Assembly: GCA_942493145.1 (NCBI GenBank)
Contig: OW818679.1
Span: 1,103,566 to 1,167,565 of the forward strand
DNA length: 64,000 bases
Origin: an uncultured Bacillota bacterium
Lineage (GTDB): Bacteria; Bacillota; Clostridia; Acetivibrionales; DTU013
Direction: 5' to 3'
Position numbers and translations under genes: made by a program. Shown in pieces: positions 46,811-55,973 of this stretch. The notes under the pieces are model-generated. The model saw nothing but the letters and a program-made list of their open reading frames with translations. It ran no database searches and was not told the DNA's origin. Each line of letters begins with the position of its first letter. Position 1 is the first letter of the stretch.

Positions 46811-47501
46811 CCTGCATATTCATTCGGTGCTCTCTCCCTGTTCCGATGATGGAATGACGCCGAACAACATCATCAATATGGCAATCCTAAAAAGACTTGA
46901 TTTTATTGCCGTTACAGACCATAATTCAACCGGCAACCTCAAGGCTGTCTTGGATTGTGCCCTTGGAAGGGATTTGATAGTTGTACCGGGTATCGAGGTA
47001 GAAACGGCTGAGGAAGTACATCTTGTTTGTCTTTTTCCATCACTGCATACCGCTATTGAAGCGGGAGATATCATTTCTTCAGCATTGCCGGAAATCAAAA
47101 ACCGTGAAGAAATATTCGGGAGACAACTGCTGATGGATGAGTATGACAATATAAAAGCCGAAGTCGGACAACTTCTTCTGACAGCAACCAGGCTTCCCCT
47201 TGAAGAAGTATTCCGTATAACAGTCAATGCCGGCGGAGTTGTCATCCCTGCCCATATCAACCGAAGCTCTTACAGCATCCTTTCAAACCTCGGAGCAATA
47301 CCTGGGGATCTTAACATTAAATACGTGGAAATAACCCCCAGAGACCCTTATGAAGCTCCAAACGGGTACATACCTATCATCTCATCCGACGCACACTCCC
47401 TTGGAGATATCCTTGAGAGGACATCCTTACTCGATTTGCCCCAAAAAAGCATAGAATGCCTTATCCAAAAGTTAAAAGGAAGAGTTTCTCCCATTGAATA
47501 A
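46794..47501 (+). CDS. PHP-domain phosphoesterase
   Basis: VDLHIHSVLSPCSDD...AVTDHNS...AHI.. metal-binding pattern. GGGAGG lies upstream of ATG 46794. The gene overlaps the upstream one. Confidence 0.8.
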   Translation: MQYAVDLHIHSVLSPCSDDGMTPNNIINMAILKRLDFIAVTDHNSTGNLKAVLDCALGRDLIVVPGIEVETAEEVHLVCLFPSLHTAIEAGDIISSALPEIKNREEIFGRQLLMDEYDNIKAEVGQLLLTATRLPLEEVFRITVNAGGVVIPAHINRSSYSILSNLGAIPGDLNIKYVEITPRDPYEAPNGYIPIISSDAHSLGDILERTSLLDLPQKSIECLIQKLKGRVSPIE

Positions 47502-47541
47502 TGGGTAAACTCTAATAAAATGAATTTTGAAAGGAGAAACC

Positions 47542-47931
47542 ATGGAAGGAAACAAAAATGAATTCAAGTCAATTGAGGAATATATTTTGCAGTTTTCTCC
47601 CGGGATACAGGAAAAGCTTCAAACACTAAGAAGCATTATAAAAGAGTCGGCGCCGGATGCAGAAGAAAAGATAAGCTGGCAGATGCCGACGTTTTATTAT
47701 TATGGAAATGTGGTGCATTTTGCAGCACATAAAAATCATATTGGGTTTTATCCTGGTGCCAGTGGTATTGAAGTTTTCAAGCATAAGATGCTGGAGTATA
47801 AAGCTTCAAAAGGTGCCGTGCAATTTCCTTTTGAAAAGCCGTTGCCAAATGAGCTGATAAGCGAGATAGTAAAATATAGAGTTGCTGAAAATAAAAAATG
47901 GGCAGAAGAGAAATCTCCAAAGAAAAAATAA
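47542..47931 (+). CDS. DUF1801 (YdhG-like) domain protein
   Basis: SIEEYI..F....Q..L..LR..I....P.AEE.ISW.MPTF...GN.VHFAAHKNHIGFYP. AAAGGAG precedes the ATG. Confidence 0.75.
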   Translation: MEGNKNEFKSIEEYILQFSPGIQEKLQTLRSIIKESAPDAEEKISWQMPTFYYYGNVVHFAAHKNHIGFYPGASGIEVFKHKMLEYKASKGAVQFPFEKPLPNELISEIVKYRVAENKKWAEEKSPKKK

Positions 47932-48040
47932 TAGCAACCTTTGTATACAATAAACTGCATTTCAAGTCAAAAGTACTTAATTGTAGCATAAAACAAATTT
48001 CTGGAAAAACAAAATTTCACAAAAAAATAAAAAATGGGCA

Positions 48041-48069
48041 TTGAATACACAAATCTTTCTTGTTATAAT
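48041..48069 (+). promoter_or_regulatory. Sigma-A-type promoter of the HydABC-2 operon
   Basis: TTGAAT (48041-48046), 17-nt spacer, TATAAT (48064-48069). Confidence 0.6.
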
Positions 48070-48080
48070 ATTAACGTACG

Positions 48081-48098
48081 TTGTTAATTGATTAACGT
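48081..48098 (+). promoter_or_regulatory. Rex-like operator
   Basis: TTGTTAATTGATTAACGT compared with the clostridial Rex consensus TTGTTAA-N4-TTAACAA (12 of 14 defined positions). It lies 12 nt downstream of the -10 element. Confidence 0.55.
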
Positions 48099-48200
48099 TG
48101 ATAATCCATAATTGGTATGATGTATTATGAATTTTTTATTACTGATATTTATATCCTATAACATTTAAATCATATAATTTTTGAAAGTGAGAGGTGTATT

Positions 48201-48692
48201 ATGAGCGGTAATTGCTGCTGTGGATGCGAAGATACAAGAACGCAAAAATTGCAGGAAGTGATTGAGAAATACAAGGACACCAAGGGTGCGCTTATTCCGG
48301 TGCTGCATGAAGCACAGGATATTTTCGGTTATCTTCCGATGAACGTTCAGAAGCAGGTTTCAGAAGGACTGAATATTCCACTTACCGAGATCTATGGTGT
48401 GGTGACCTTTTATACTCAGTTTTCACTGAAGCCGAAGGGCAAATACAGAATAAGCCTTTGTATGGGTACAGCCTGCTATGTAAAAGGCTCAAGCCATATC
48501 CTTGACAAGCTCCAGGAAAAACTTGGCATACATGTAGGTGATATAACTGAAGATGGCCAGTTTTCACTTGATTCCTGCCGTTGTGTCGGAGCCTGCGGTC
48601 TTGCACCGGTCATGATGGTGAACGATGATGTATACGGAAGGCTTACACCCGATGAAATAGAAGGTATTCTGGATAAATACAGGCATGAGTGA
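48201..48692 (+). CDS. hydC: NuoE-like [2Fe-2S] subunit of hydrogenase 2 (HydC)
   Basis: GALIPVLHEAQDIFGYLP, C.GTAC...(36)..C.GACGLAP. Confidence 0.9.
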   Translation: MSGNCCCGCEDTRTQKLQEVIEKYKDTKGALIPVLHEAQDIFGYLPMNVQKQVSEGLNIPLTEIYGVVTFYTQFSLKPKGKYRISLCMGTACYVKGSSHILDKLQEKLGIHVGDITEDGQFSLDSCRCVGACGLAPVMMVNDDVYGRLTPDEIEGILDKYRHE

Positions 48693-48701
48693 GAAACCAA
48701 T

Positions 48702-49262
48702 ATGGAAGACATATCGCTACATGTGCTTGATATAATACAAAATTCCATAACTGCCGGCGCATCAGTCATAAGGCTGTCTTTGACGGCTGATACCGGAACC
48801 CTTGAGCTGTTGATAGATGATAACGGGCAGGGTATGAATGAGGAACTGGTGAAAAATGCAGTTGATCCCTTTGTAACACATAGGACCACAAGGAAAGTGG
48901 GGCTTGGGCTCCCTCTGTTAAAGGATTCTGCGGAGCTTACGGGTGGACGGCTGGAAATCAACTCAGTACCAGGCAGGGGAACCGAGGTAAAGGCATATTT
49001 CTTCATCGGACATATAGACAGACTTCCGCTGGGTGATATAGCTGAAACTATTTCTGAAGTTGTGCTTGCACATCCTCTGATTGATATGGAAATCATGTTT
49101 TCCAATGGAAATGCCGTTTTTGAAATGAAGACAGTGGAGCTGAAAGACAGGCTGGGCGAGGTCCCGATTACAGAGCTGGAAGTAATAAACTGGATTAGAG
49201 ATTATTTAAATGAAGGTATAGAAGAAATCTTTGGAGGTGTATTGGATGAAGTCGATAGCTGA
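48702..49262 (+). CDS. GHKL-type ATPase domain protein embedded in the hydrogenase operon
   Basis: HVLDIIQNSITAGA (N box), DDNGQGM (G1), GLGLPLL (G2). No DHp or receiver domain. Confidence 0.75.
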   Translation: MEDISLHVLDIIQNSITAGASVIRLSLTADTGTLELLIDDNGQGMNEELVKNAVDPFVTHRTTRKVGLGLPLLKDSAELTGGRLEINSVPGRGTEVKAYFFIGHIDRLPLGDIAETISEVVLAHPLIDMEIMFSNGNAVFEMKTVELKDRLGEVPITELEVINWIRDYLNEGIEEIFGGVLDEVDS

Positions 49263-49620
49263 TCTTGAAGAGATAAGAAGGAAGACACTCGATGACATAC
49301 AGATGCGGAAGACTGACGGGAAAAGAAGGATAGTCGTGGGTATGGCGACCTGTGGAATAGCAGCCGGTGCAAGACCAGTAATGAACGCTTTTGTTGAAGA
49401 GCTCAGAAAAAGGAACGTCAGCGATGTAAATGTAACGATGACAGGCTGTATAGGTGTTTGCAGACTGGAACCGATTGTGGAAATATTTGAAGAGGACGGC
49501 AGCAAGGTAACCTATGTAAAAATGACCGCGGAAAAGGCTGTCAGGGTAGTAACGGAGCACCTGGTTAACGGCAGGGCCTGCCTTGATTTGACAATCGGTG
49601 CGGCAGACGATAAGAAATAG
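49246..49620 (+). CDS. Thioredoxin-like [2Fe-2S] ferredoxin
   Basis: VGMATCGIAAGA...TGCIGVCRLEP pattern. GGAGGTG precedes ATG 49246. The gene overlaps the upstream one. Confidence 0.8.
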   Translation: MKSIADLEEIRRKTLDDIQMRKTDGKRRIVVGMATCGIAAGARPVMNAFVEELRKRNVSDVNVTMTGCIGVCRLEPIVEIFEEDGSKVTYVKMTAEKAVRVVTEHLVNGRACLDLTIGAADDKK

Positions 49621-49634
49621 GGGGAGGAAGCGAA

Positions 49635-51431
49635 ATGGAATTCTTTAGGGCTCATGTCCTTATTTGCGGTGGTACGGGCTGTACATCATCTAATTCCGAA
49701 AAGGTAAAGAAGGAATTTGAGCTGCAGCTTGCAAAGCATAAACTTGAGAAGGAAATCAAACTGGTGACAACCGGATGCTTCGGCCTATGTGCCGAGGGCC
49801 CGATCGTTATGGTATACCCGGAAGGAGCCATGTATACCATGGTCAGACCGGAGGATGTCTCTGAAATTGTAATAGAACACCTTCTTAAGGGCAGGCTTGT
49901 AAAGAGGCTGTTGGCAGGTGCAGACAAGGAGACGGAAACGGAGAAATCCCTTGATGGCACTGATTTTTTCAAAAAGCAGCTTCGTGTGGCACTGAGGAAC
50001 TGCGGTGTAATTAATCCAGAAAACATTGACGAATATATAGCTTACGACGGGTATAAGGCGCTTTCAACGGTTTTAACAGAAATGACGCCGGAAGAGGTCA
50101 TAGGTGTTGTAAAGAAGTCCGGACTTAGAGGCAGGGGCGGAGCAGGTTTCCCAACCGGCTTGAAATGGGAGTTTGCAGCAAAATCAAAAGGAGAACAGAA
50201 ATTCATATGCTGCAATGCTGATGAGGGCGATCCTGGAGCATTCATGGACAGGAGCGTTCTGGAGGGAGATCCCCATTCTGTGCTTGAGGCTATGGCCATT
50301 GCAGGTTATGCAGTTGGCTCAAACCAGGGTTATATATATGTCAGGGCAGAATACCCCATAGCTGTTAAGAGGCTCAACATAGCCATTGAACAGGCCAAGG
50401 AATACGGATTGCTTGGAAAGAACATCTTCGGCACCGATTTCAGTTTCGATCTGGAGCTCAGGCTTGGCGCCGGTGCCTTTGTTTGCGGGGAAGAAACAGC
50501 GCTCATGACATCAATAGAGGGAAAACGTGGAGAACCCAGACCAAAGCCTCCATTTCCAGCAGTTAAGGGTTTGTGGCAGAAACCTACACTTCTGAATAAT
50601 GTTGAAACCTATGCCAACATTCCTGTGATTTTTATAAAAGGTGCAGAATGGTTCTCCAGTATTGGAACAGAAAAGAGCAAGGGTACCAAGGTATTTGCCG
50701 TCGGCGGCAAGATCAAGAATACCGGACTGGTAGAGGTACCAATTGGTACAACACTCCGTGAAGTCATATACGATATAGGAGGCGGAATACCAAACGGCAA
50801 GAAGTTCAAAGCTGCACAGACAGGCGGACCTTCGGGCGGTTGCATTCCGGCAAGTCATATCGATGTAAAGATAGATTATGATACATTGGTGGAACTCGGT
50901 TCCATGATGGGATCAGGCGGTCTTATTGTAATGGACGAGGACAACTGTATGGTTGATATAGCAAGGTACTTCCTTGACTTTACAGTGGATGAATCCTGTG
51001 GCAAATGCCCACCCTGCCGTATTGGTACGAAGAGGATGCTTGAGATCCTCGAAAGGATCACCGGAGGGAAAGGTGAAATGGAGGACCTTGATAAGCTTGA
51101 GGTTCTGGCAAAGAACATCAAGGCAGCGGCGCTGTGTGGTCTTGGCCAATCCGCTCCACAGCCGGTTCTGAGCACACTGAGGTATTTCAGGGATGAATAT
51201 GTGGCACATGTCAGGGACAAGAAATGTCCTGCAGGAGTATGTAAATCGATGATGCACTATTATATCCATAACGATATCTGCAAAAATTGCGGCATATGCG
51301 CAAGAAATTGCCCGGTCAGCTGCATCAGCGGTGACAAGAAGGTTCCATATGTGATAGATCAGGAAAATTGCATCAAGTGCGGACAATGTATGGAAAAATG
51401 TCCCTTCAAGGCGATATTCAAGAACGAATAA
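49635..51431 (+). CDS. hydB: NuoF-like flavoprotein subunit of hydrogenase 2 (full-length HydB)
   Basis: N-terminal 2Fe-2S (CGGTGC...CFGLC). GRGGAGFPTG, CNADEGDPGAF, GAGAFVCGEETAL, ESCGKCPPCRIG. C-terminal CKNCGICARNCP/CIKCGQCMEKCP. Confidence 0.93.
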   Translation: MEFFRAHVLICGGTGCTSSNSEKVKKEFELQLAKHKLEKEIKLVTTGCFGLCAEGPIVMVYPEGAMYTMVRPEDVSEIVIEHLLKGRLVKRLLAGADKETETEKSLDGTDFFKKQLRVALRNCGVINPENIDEYIAYDGYKALSTVLTEMTPEEVIGVVKKSGLRGRGGAGFPTGLKWEFAAKSKGEQKFICCNADEGDPGAFMDRSVLEGDPHSVLEAMAIAGYAVGSNQGYIYVRAEYPIAVKRLNIAIEQAKEYGLLGKNIFGTDFSFDLELRLGAGAFVCGEETALMTSIEGKRGEPRPKPPFPAVKGLWQKPTLLNNVETYANIPVIFIKGAEWFSSIGTEKSKGTKVFAVGGKIKNTGLVEVPIGTTLREVIYDIGGGIPNGKKFKAAQTGGPSGGCIPASHIDVKIDYDTLVELGSMMGSGGLIVMDEDNCMVDIARYFLDFTVDESCGKCPPCRIGTKRMLEILERITGGKGEMEDLDKLEVLAKNIKAAALCGLGQSAPQPVLSTLRYFRDEYVAHVRDKKCPAGVCKSMMHYYIHNDICKNCGICARNCPVSCISGDKKVPYVIDQENCIKCGQCMEKCPFKAIFKNE

Positions 51432-51510
51432 AAAGGACAGGGGACACACCTCTCCCGCCGAAGTACCGGACGTCGAGGAATTTCCCCTTTAGAAAAGGAG
51501 AGTGTAAGCT

Positions 51511-53259
51511 GTGGAAATGGTTAATATGACAATAGATACAAGAAAAATACAGGTGCCAAAGACCTATACGGTCCTGGAGGCAGCAAGGGAAGCCAACATA
51601 GCAATCCCAACACTATGCTTTCTCAAGGATATCAATGAGATAGGCGCATGCAGGATGTGTGTCGTGGAGATCAAGGGAGCCAGAAGTCTTCAGGCTGCAT
51701 GTGTATATCCGGTTTCAGAGGGACTGGAAATATTTACGCAGACCCCGGCTGTCAGGGAGGCCCGGAAGGTCACTCTGGAACTGATATTGTCCAATCACGA
51801 CAAGAAGTGCCTTACCTGTGTCAGGAGCAGGAACTGCGAATTGCAGAAGCTTGCAGAGGACCTGAATATCCAGGACATCAGGTTTGAAGGTGAATCACTT
51901 AAACACCCTATTGATGATTTTTCTCCCTCAATAGTAAGGGACCCGAACAAGTGCGTGCTCTGCAGGCGCTGTGTGAATATGTGCAAAAATATCCAGAATG
52001 TAGCCGTAATAGACACAAATGAAAGAGGCTTCAAGACCATTGTCGGATCGGCCTTCAACAGATCGTTGAGTGAAGTTCCCTGCATCAACTGTGGACAGTG
52101 TATTAACGTTTGCCCTGTCGGAGCACTTAAAGAGAAGGATGACACAGACAAAGTATGGGCTGCGCTGGCAAACAAAGATCTGCATGTGGTGGTACAGACC
52201 GCTCCTGCAGTCAGGGTAGCAATTGGCGAGGAATTTGGACTGCCTATCGGTACGAGGGCAACCAGCAATATGATCGCTGCACTTAGGAGGCTTGGCTTCC
52301 AGAAGGTATTTGACACAGATACTGCTGCCGACCTGACAATAATGGAAGAGGGAACCGAACTGCTGCACAGGATAAAGGAAGGTGGAAAGCTTCCGCTGAT
52401 AACCTCCTGCAGCCCTGGGTGGATAAAGCTTTGCGAGCACTATTATCCGGAGTTCCTTGACAACCTTTCATCCTGCAAATCGCCTCAGGCCATGTTCGGT
52501 GCTGTGATAAAATCATACTATGCCGAAAAGGAAGGAATCGATCCTTCAAAGATATTTGTAGTATCGGTCATGCCATGTACGGCCAAGAAATTTGAGATAA
52601 AGAGGCCTGAACTGTCTTCAAACGGATACCCGGATGTTGATGTGGTACTGACGACCAGGGAAATCGCTAAAATGATCAGGGAAGCGGGAATAGATTTTAC
52701 CGAGCTTCCAATGAGGCATTTCGACGATCCCATGGGTGAAGCTTCAGGCGCAGCTGTAATTTTCGGAGCAACCGGAGGTGTTATGGAAGCAGCACTTAGA
52801 ACTGTTGCAGAGCTTCTTAACGGTAAGCCGGCGGATAATATAGAATATCATGCTGTCAGAGGCGTGGAAGGTATAAAAGAAGCCACCATTGAAGCGGGCG
52901 GCATGAAGATAAAGGCAGCTGTAGCCCATGGTACGGGCAATGCAAGAAAGCTGATGGACGCAATCAAAAACGGAGAGGCAGATTACCACTTTGTTGAGAT
53001 AATGGCCTGCCCCGGCGGATGTGTCAATGGCGGAGGACAGCCAATTCAGCCCTCGTCAGTGAGAAGTTGGATTGATTTACGCGCAGAAAGGGCGAAGGCA
53101 ATATACGAAGAGGATGCCAGCCTGCCCATAAGGAAATCCCATGAGAATCCAAAGATTCAGAAGCTCTATGAGGAATACTTCGGGGAGCCGGGCAGCCACA
53201 AAGCCCATGAACTGCTGCACACCCATTATCACCAGAGGGAGAACTATCCTGAGAAGTAA
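51511..53259 (+). CDS. hydA: [FeFe]-hydrogenase catalytic subunit (group A, HydA of trimeric complex 2)
   Basis: Same architecture as 32040..33761. ITSCSPGW, MPCTAKKFE, EIMACPGGCVNGGGQP. GTG start 10 nt after AGGAG. Confidence 0.93.
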   Translation: MEMVNMTIDTRKIQVPKTYTVLEAAREANIAIPTLCFLKDINEIGACRMCVVEIKGARSLQAACVYPVSEGLEIFTQTPAVREARKVTLELILSNHDKKCLTCVRSRNCELQKLAEDLNIQDIRFEGESLKHPIDDFSPSIVRDPNKCVLCRRCVNMCKNIQNVAVIDTNERGFKTIVGSAFNRSLSEVPCINCGQCINVCPVGALKEKDDTDKVWAALANKDLHVVVQTAPAVRVAIGEEFGLPIGTRATSNMIAALRRLGFQKVFDTDTAADLTIMEEGTELLHRIKEGGKLPLITSCSPGWIKLCEHYYPEFLDNLSSCKSPQAMFGAVIKSYYAEKEGIDPSKIFVVSVMPCTAKKFEIKRPELSSNGYPDVDVVLTTREIAKMIREAGIDFTELPMRHFDDPMGEASGAAVIFGATGGVMEAALRTVAELLNGKPADNIEYHAVRGVEGIKEATIEAGGMKIKAAVAHGTGNARKLMDAIKNGEADYHFVEIMACPGGCVNGGGQPIQPSSVRSWIDLRAERAKAIYEEDASLPIRKSHENPKIQKLYEEYFGEPGSHKAHELLHTHYHQRENYPEK

Positions 53260-53284
53260 ATAGTATATATATCAATATTCAATC

Positions 53285-53318
53285 AAATGCGGGCGCTGGA
53301 TAATCAGCGCCCGCATTT
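53285..53318 (+). terminator. Strong hairpin after hydA-2
   Basis: AAATGCGGGCGCTG / CAGCGCCCGCATTT 14-bp stem with no clear T-run. Confidence 0.5.
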
Positions 53319-53439
53319 GAACTTCCGGTGACAGACAGGAATTCATGAACTGCATGTAAAATTTTCGATGTTTGTATTCTCAATATTTATTTTCAGTGAT
53401 AAAATCCTATTATGTCGGGAAAAAGACGGGGTGTGACTA

Positions 53440-54891
53440 GTGAATACAGATATTGAAAGTATTGAATTATACAAAGAGCTGGCAGAGAAATATCAACTTC
53501 TCGCAGAAAATACTGTCGAGTGTATTTGGCTGCTTGATTTTACAAACATGCAATTCAAATATATAAGTCCAGCTATAACTTCTTTAAGAGGTTTGACTGT
53601 TGAAGAGGCTATGAAAGAAAAACTGGAAGATTCGTTAACCCCCGAATCACTGGAAAAAGTATATAAGATAGCTGAAAATTATCTATCAGGGATTCTGAAT
53701 GATAGCGGAAGCGAAGATACGATTGCAAGTATAAATGAGTTCAGGCAGTATTGTAAAGATGGAACTATCAAGGATGTAGAAATATCCACCAGATTTGTTA
53801 AGAATGAAAAAGAAAATACCATTGATGTTTTGGGTGTTACAAGAGATATAACAGAAAGAAAGAAACTGGAAGAAAAACTCAGGAAAGAGATGAACCAAAA
53901 AAATGAATTTATAAAAAAGCTCAAAGAGTCAAAAAAAGAACTGATTCAGTTAACAGAAGAATTACGACTGAAAAACGGGATTTTTAAAAATGCTGCCATT
54001 ACCGACAAGCTAACAGGACTACATAATCGGTACTTTTTTGATCAAAAGGTTAAGGAAGAGTTTGAAAGAGCCGATCGGTATAAAATTCCCGTTTCTTTAA
54101 TACTATTTGATTTGGATCACTTCAAGAAGGTAAATGATTTATGGGGGCATGGCGTTGGAGATAATGTACTGAAAACGGTTTCAAAGGTTGTTAAAGGCCT
54201 GATTCGGAAGCCGGATGTTTTTGCAAGGTGGGGCGGAGAGGAATTTGTAATATTAATGCCGCAAACAACATTGGAGGGCGCTTTTATTGCTTCGGAAAAA
54301 CTTAGAGAAGAGATTGGCAAGCTTGATCATCCTTCAGCAGGGATGGTAACTGCCAGCTTTGGATGTGCAGAATGGCTCAAGGGCGAATCATATGAAAGCT
54401 GGTTCAAAAGAGTGGATCATGCTCTTTATAGAGCAAAGAGTGAAGGACGCAATCGGGTAATCAAATGCAATGACATTGAAATTAAGCCGTTTGCATTCAT
54501 TCGATTGGAATGGAGAAAAGAATGGGAATGTGGCAATGAATTGATTGACAGTCAGCATAAGGAGCTTTTGGACCTGTCCAATATCATGATTGATGCATCT
54601 CTGACAGAAAAGAAGGTCGAGAGTTTACTGGAGAAGTTTGACAAGCTACTTCTGCATATTGTCCAACACTTTGAAAATGAAGAGCAGGTTTTAAAACGCT
54701 TGAATTTCCCGGAGACAGTGCGACATTCTCAAATTCATAAGGATCTTACCCTAAAAGCTCTGTCTTTGAAAGAAGAGTTGATCATAGGAGTACTAAAACC
54801 TTCTGCGTTCTTTTCTTTTTTAGTTGATGAAGTTATTATGGGACATTTATTGGCTGAGGATGTAAAGTTTTTTCCATTCACACAAAAATAG
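53440..54891 (+). CDS. PAS - GGDEF diguanylate cyclase - hemerythrin-like domain protein
   Basis: PAS (CIWLLDFTNMQFKYISPA..), coiled coil, GGDEF core RWGGEEFVIL, then hemerythrin-type H..(HxxxE).. H....D (IDSQHKELL, HFENEE, HSQIHKDL, HLLAEDVKF). GTG start. Confidence 0.85.
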   Translation: MNTDIESIELYKELAEKYQLLAENTVECIWLLDFTNMQFKYISPAITSLRGLTVEEAMKEKLEDSLTPESLEKVYKIAENYLSGILNDSGSEDTIASINEFRQYCKDGTIKDVEISTRFVKNEKENTIDVLGVTRDITERKKLEEKLRKEMNQKNEFIKKLKESKKELIQLTEELRLKNGIFKNAAITDKLTGLHNRYFFDQKVKEEFERADRYKIPVSLILFDLDHFKKVNDLWGHGVGDNVLKTVSKVVKGLIRKPDVFARWGGEEFVILMPQTTLEGAFIASEKLREEIGKLDHPSAGMVTASFGCAEWLKGESYESWFKRVDHALYRAKSEGRNRVIKCNDIEIKPFAFIRLEWRKEWECGNELIDSQHKELLDLSNIMIDASLTEKKVESLLEKFDKLLLHIVQHFENEEQVLKRLNFPETVRHSQIHKDLTLKALSLKEELIIGVLKPSAFFSFLVDEVIMGHLLAEDVKFFPFTQK

Positions 54892-55790
54892 AACTGGGCA
54901 GCCGGAACAGTAACTTTTTTCCGACCACTGGCTATTGAAATAATCACGGACGCCAATATGAGCACACTTCCTGCAATCTGGCCAAGTCCGGAGAAATTCT
55001 CGCCGATGAGCACGAAAGCCAGCATCACGGTGGTGAGGGGCTCCAGAGTATATATCAGGGTAGCCCTTTCCGGCTTGACGAATTTGAGCGCCTTGCTTTG
55101 AATAAGTTCAGTCGATACTGCAACGAATATGCTTGCAAATATGGCCGCTGCGAATACAGGGCTGGCAAGTCCGTAGAAATTTATGGATCCCACCTCGAAA
55201 GTGAGTGCAAGTATCATGAAAACAAACAAGTTGAAGGAATGGTGGACGAAGGTATATTGGACGGCATCAAGCTTCTTTGAAAACTTGTTGAGGGCTGCCA
55301 GTCGTATGGAGAAAAAAAGTGCGGCTCCAAGGGCGAAAAGATCACCGGTATGTAAGGAGAATGAACTGAAATCGCTGGTCAGCATGAATATTCCGACAAT
55401 GGCTGTTATTGCTCCGATAATGAACTTAAAGCCTGGAAATTTTCTATCTACGACCATCATGATCAAAGGCGTCATTATGACCGAGGTCTGTATGATGAAG
55501 GAGGCATTGGAGCTGCTGGTGTGCTGCAGGGCCAGCATGCAGAAGGTGTTGCTCAATACTGCAAAGCTGCTTATTCCGATACTCAGGAAGATAGTGCCCT
55601 TACTCAGTGCTTTGATCGCTGGGAAGAAGAAGATAAGTATGGTTATAAGGCTGCCAAATGAGCATATTGCAAGTATGGAAAAACGCGGAAGATATCCCAG
55701 CAGCATCTTTGACCAGACATAGGAGGATCCCCACAAAATTGCATTTATCAATAGAAAAACCTGCGCGTTGCTCTTTTTTACGAATCCCAT
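54735..55790 (-). CDS. DMT superfamily (EamA-like) transporter
   Basis: Ten-TM two-EamA-repeat layout. Start at MGFVKKSN, preceded by GAAGGAGGA. The 3' tail extends about 50 codons past the last TM and overlaps the convergent gene. Confidence 0.8.
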   Translation of the reverse strand: MGFVKKSNAQVFLLINAILWGSSYVWSKMLLGYLPRFSILAICSFGSLITILIFFFPAIKALSKGTIFLSIGISSFAVLSNTFCMLALQHTSSSNASFIIQTSVIMTPLIMMVVDRKFPGFKFIIGAITAIVGIFMLTSDFSSFSLHTGDLFALGAALFFSIRLAALNKFSKKLDAVQYTFVHHSFNLFVFMILALTFEVGSINFYGLASPVFAAAIFASIFVAVSTELIQSKALKFVKPERATLIYTLEPLTTVMLAFVLIGENFSGLGQIAGSVLILASVIISIASGRKKVTVPAAQFYFCVNGKNFTSSANKCPIITSSTKKEKNAEGFSTPMINSSFKDRAFRVRSL

Positions 55791-55864
55791 TAGTCCTCCT
55801 TCGAGTGTTTCCATATGATAGCCCCATAAAGTTCAGCTCATGATTTATTATATTCAAAACAAAA

Positions 55865-55899
55865 GCAATATATAGTGCTAATTGTGCTTGATATATTGC
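55865..55899. promoter_or_regulatory. Inverted repeat in the eamA/araC divergent region (candidate operator)
   Basis: GCAATATAT - 17 nt - ATATATTGC. Confidence 0.3.
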
Positions 55900-55973
55900 A
55901 AAATGTGCTGTAAGCTAAAAACATATGCTAATATGCTTATATGGAAAAAGGATATAAACTGGAGGCTGATATT

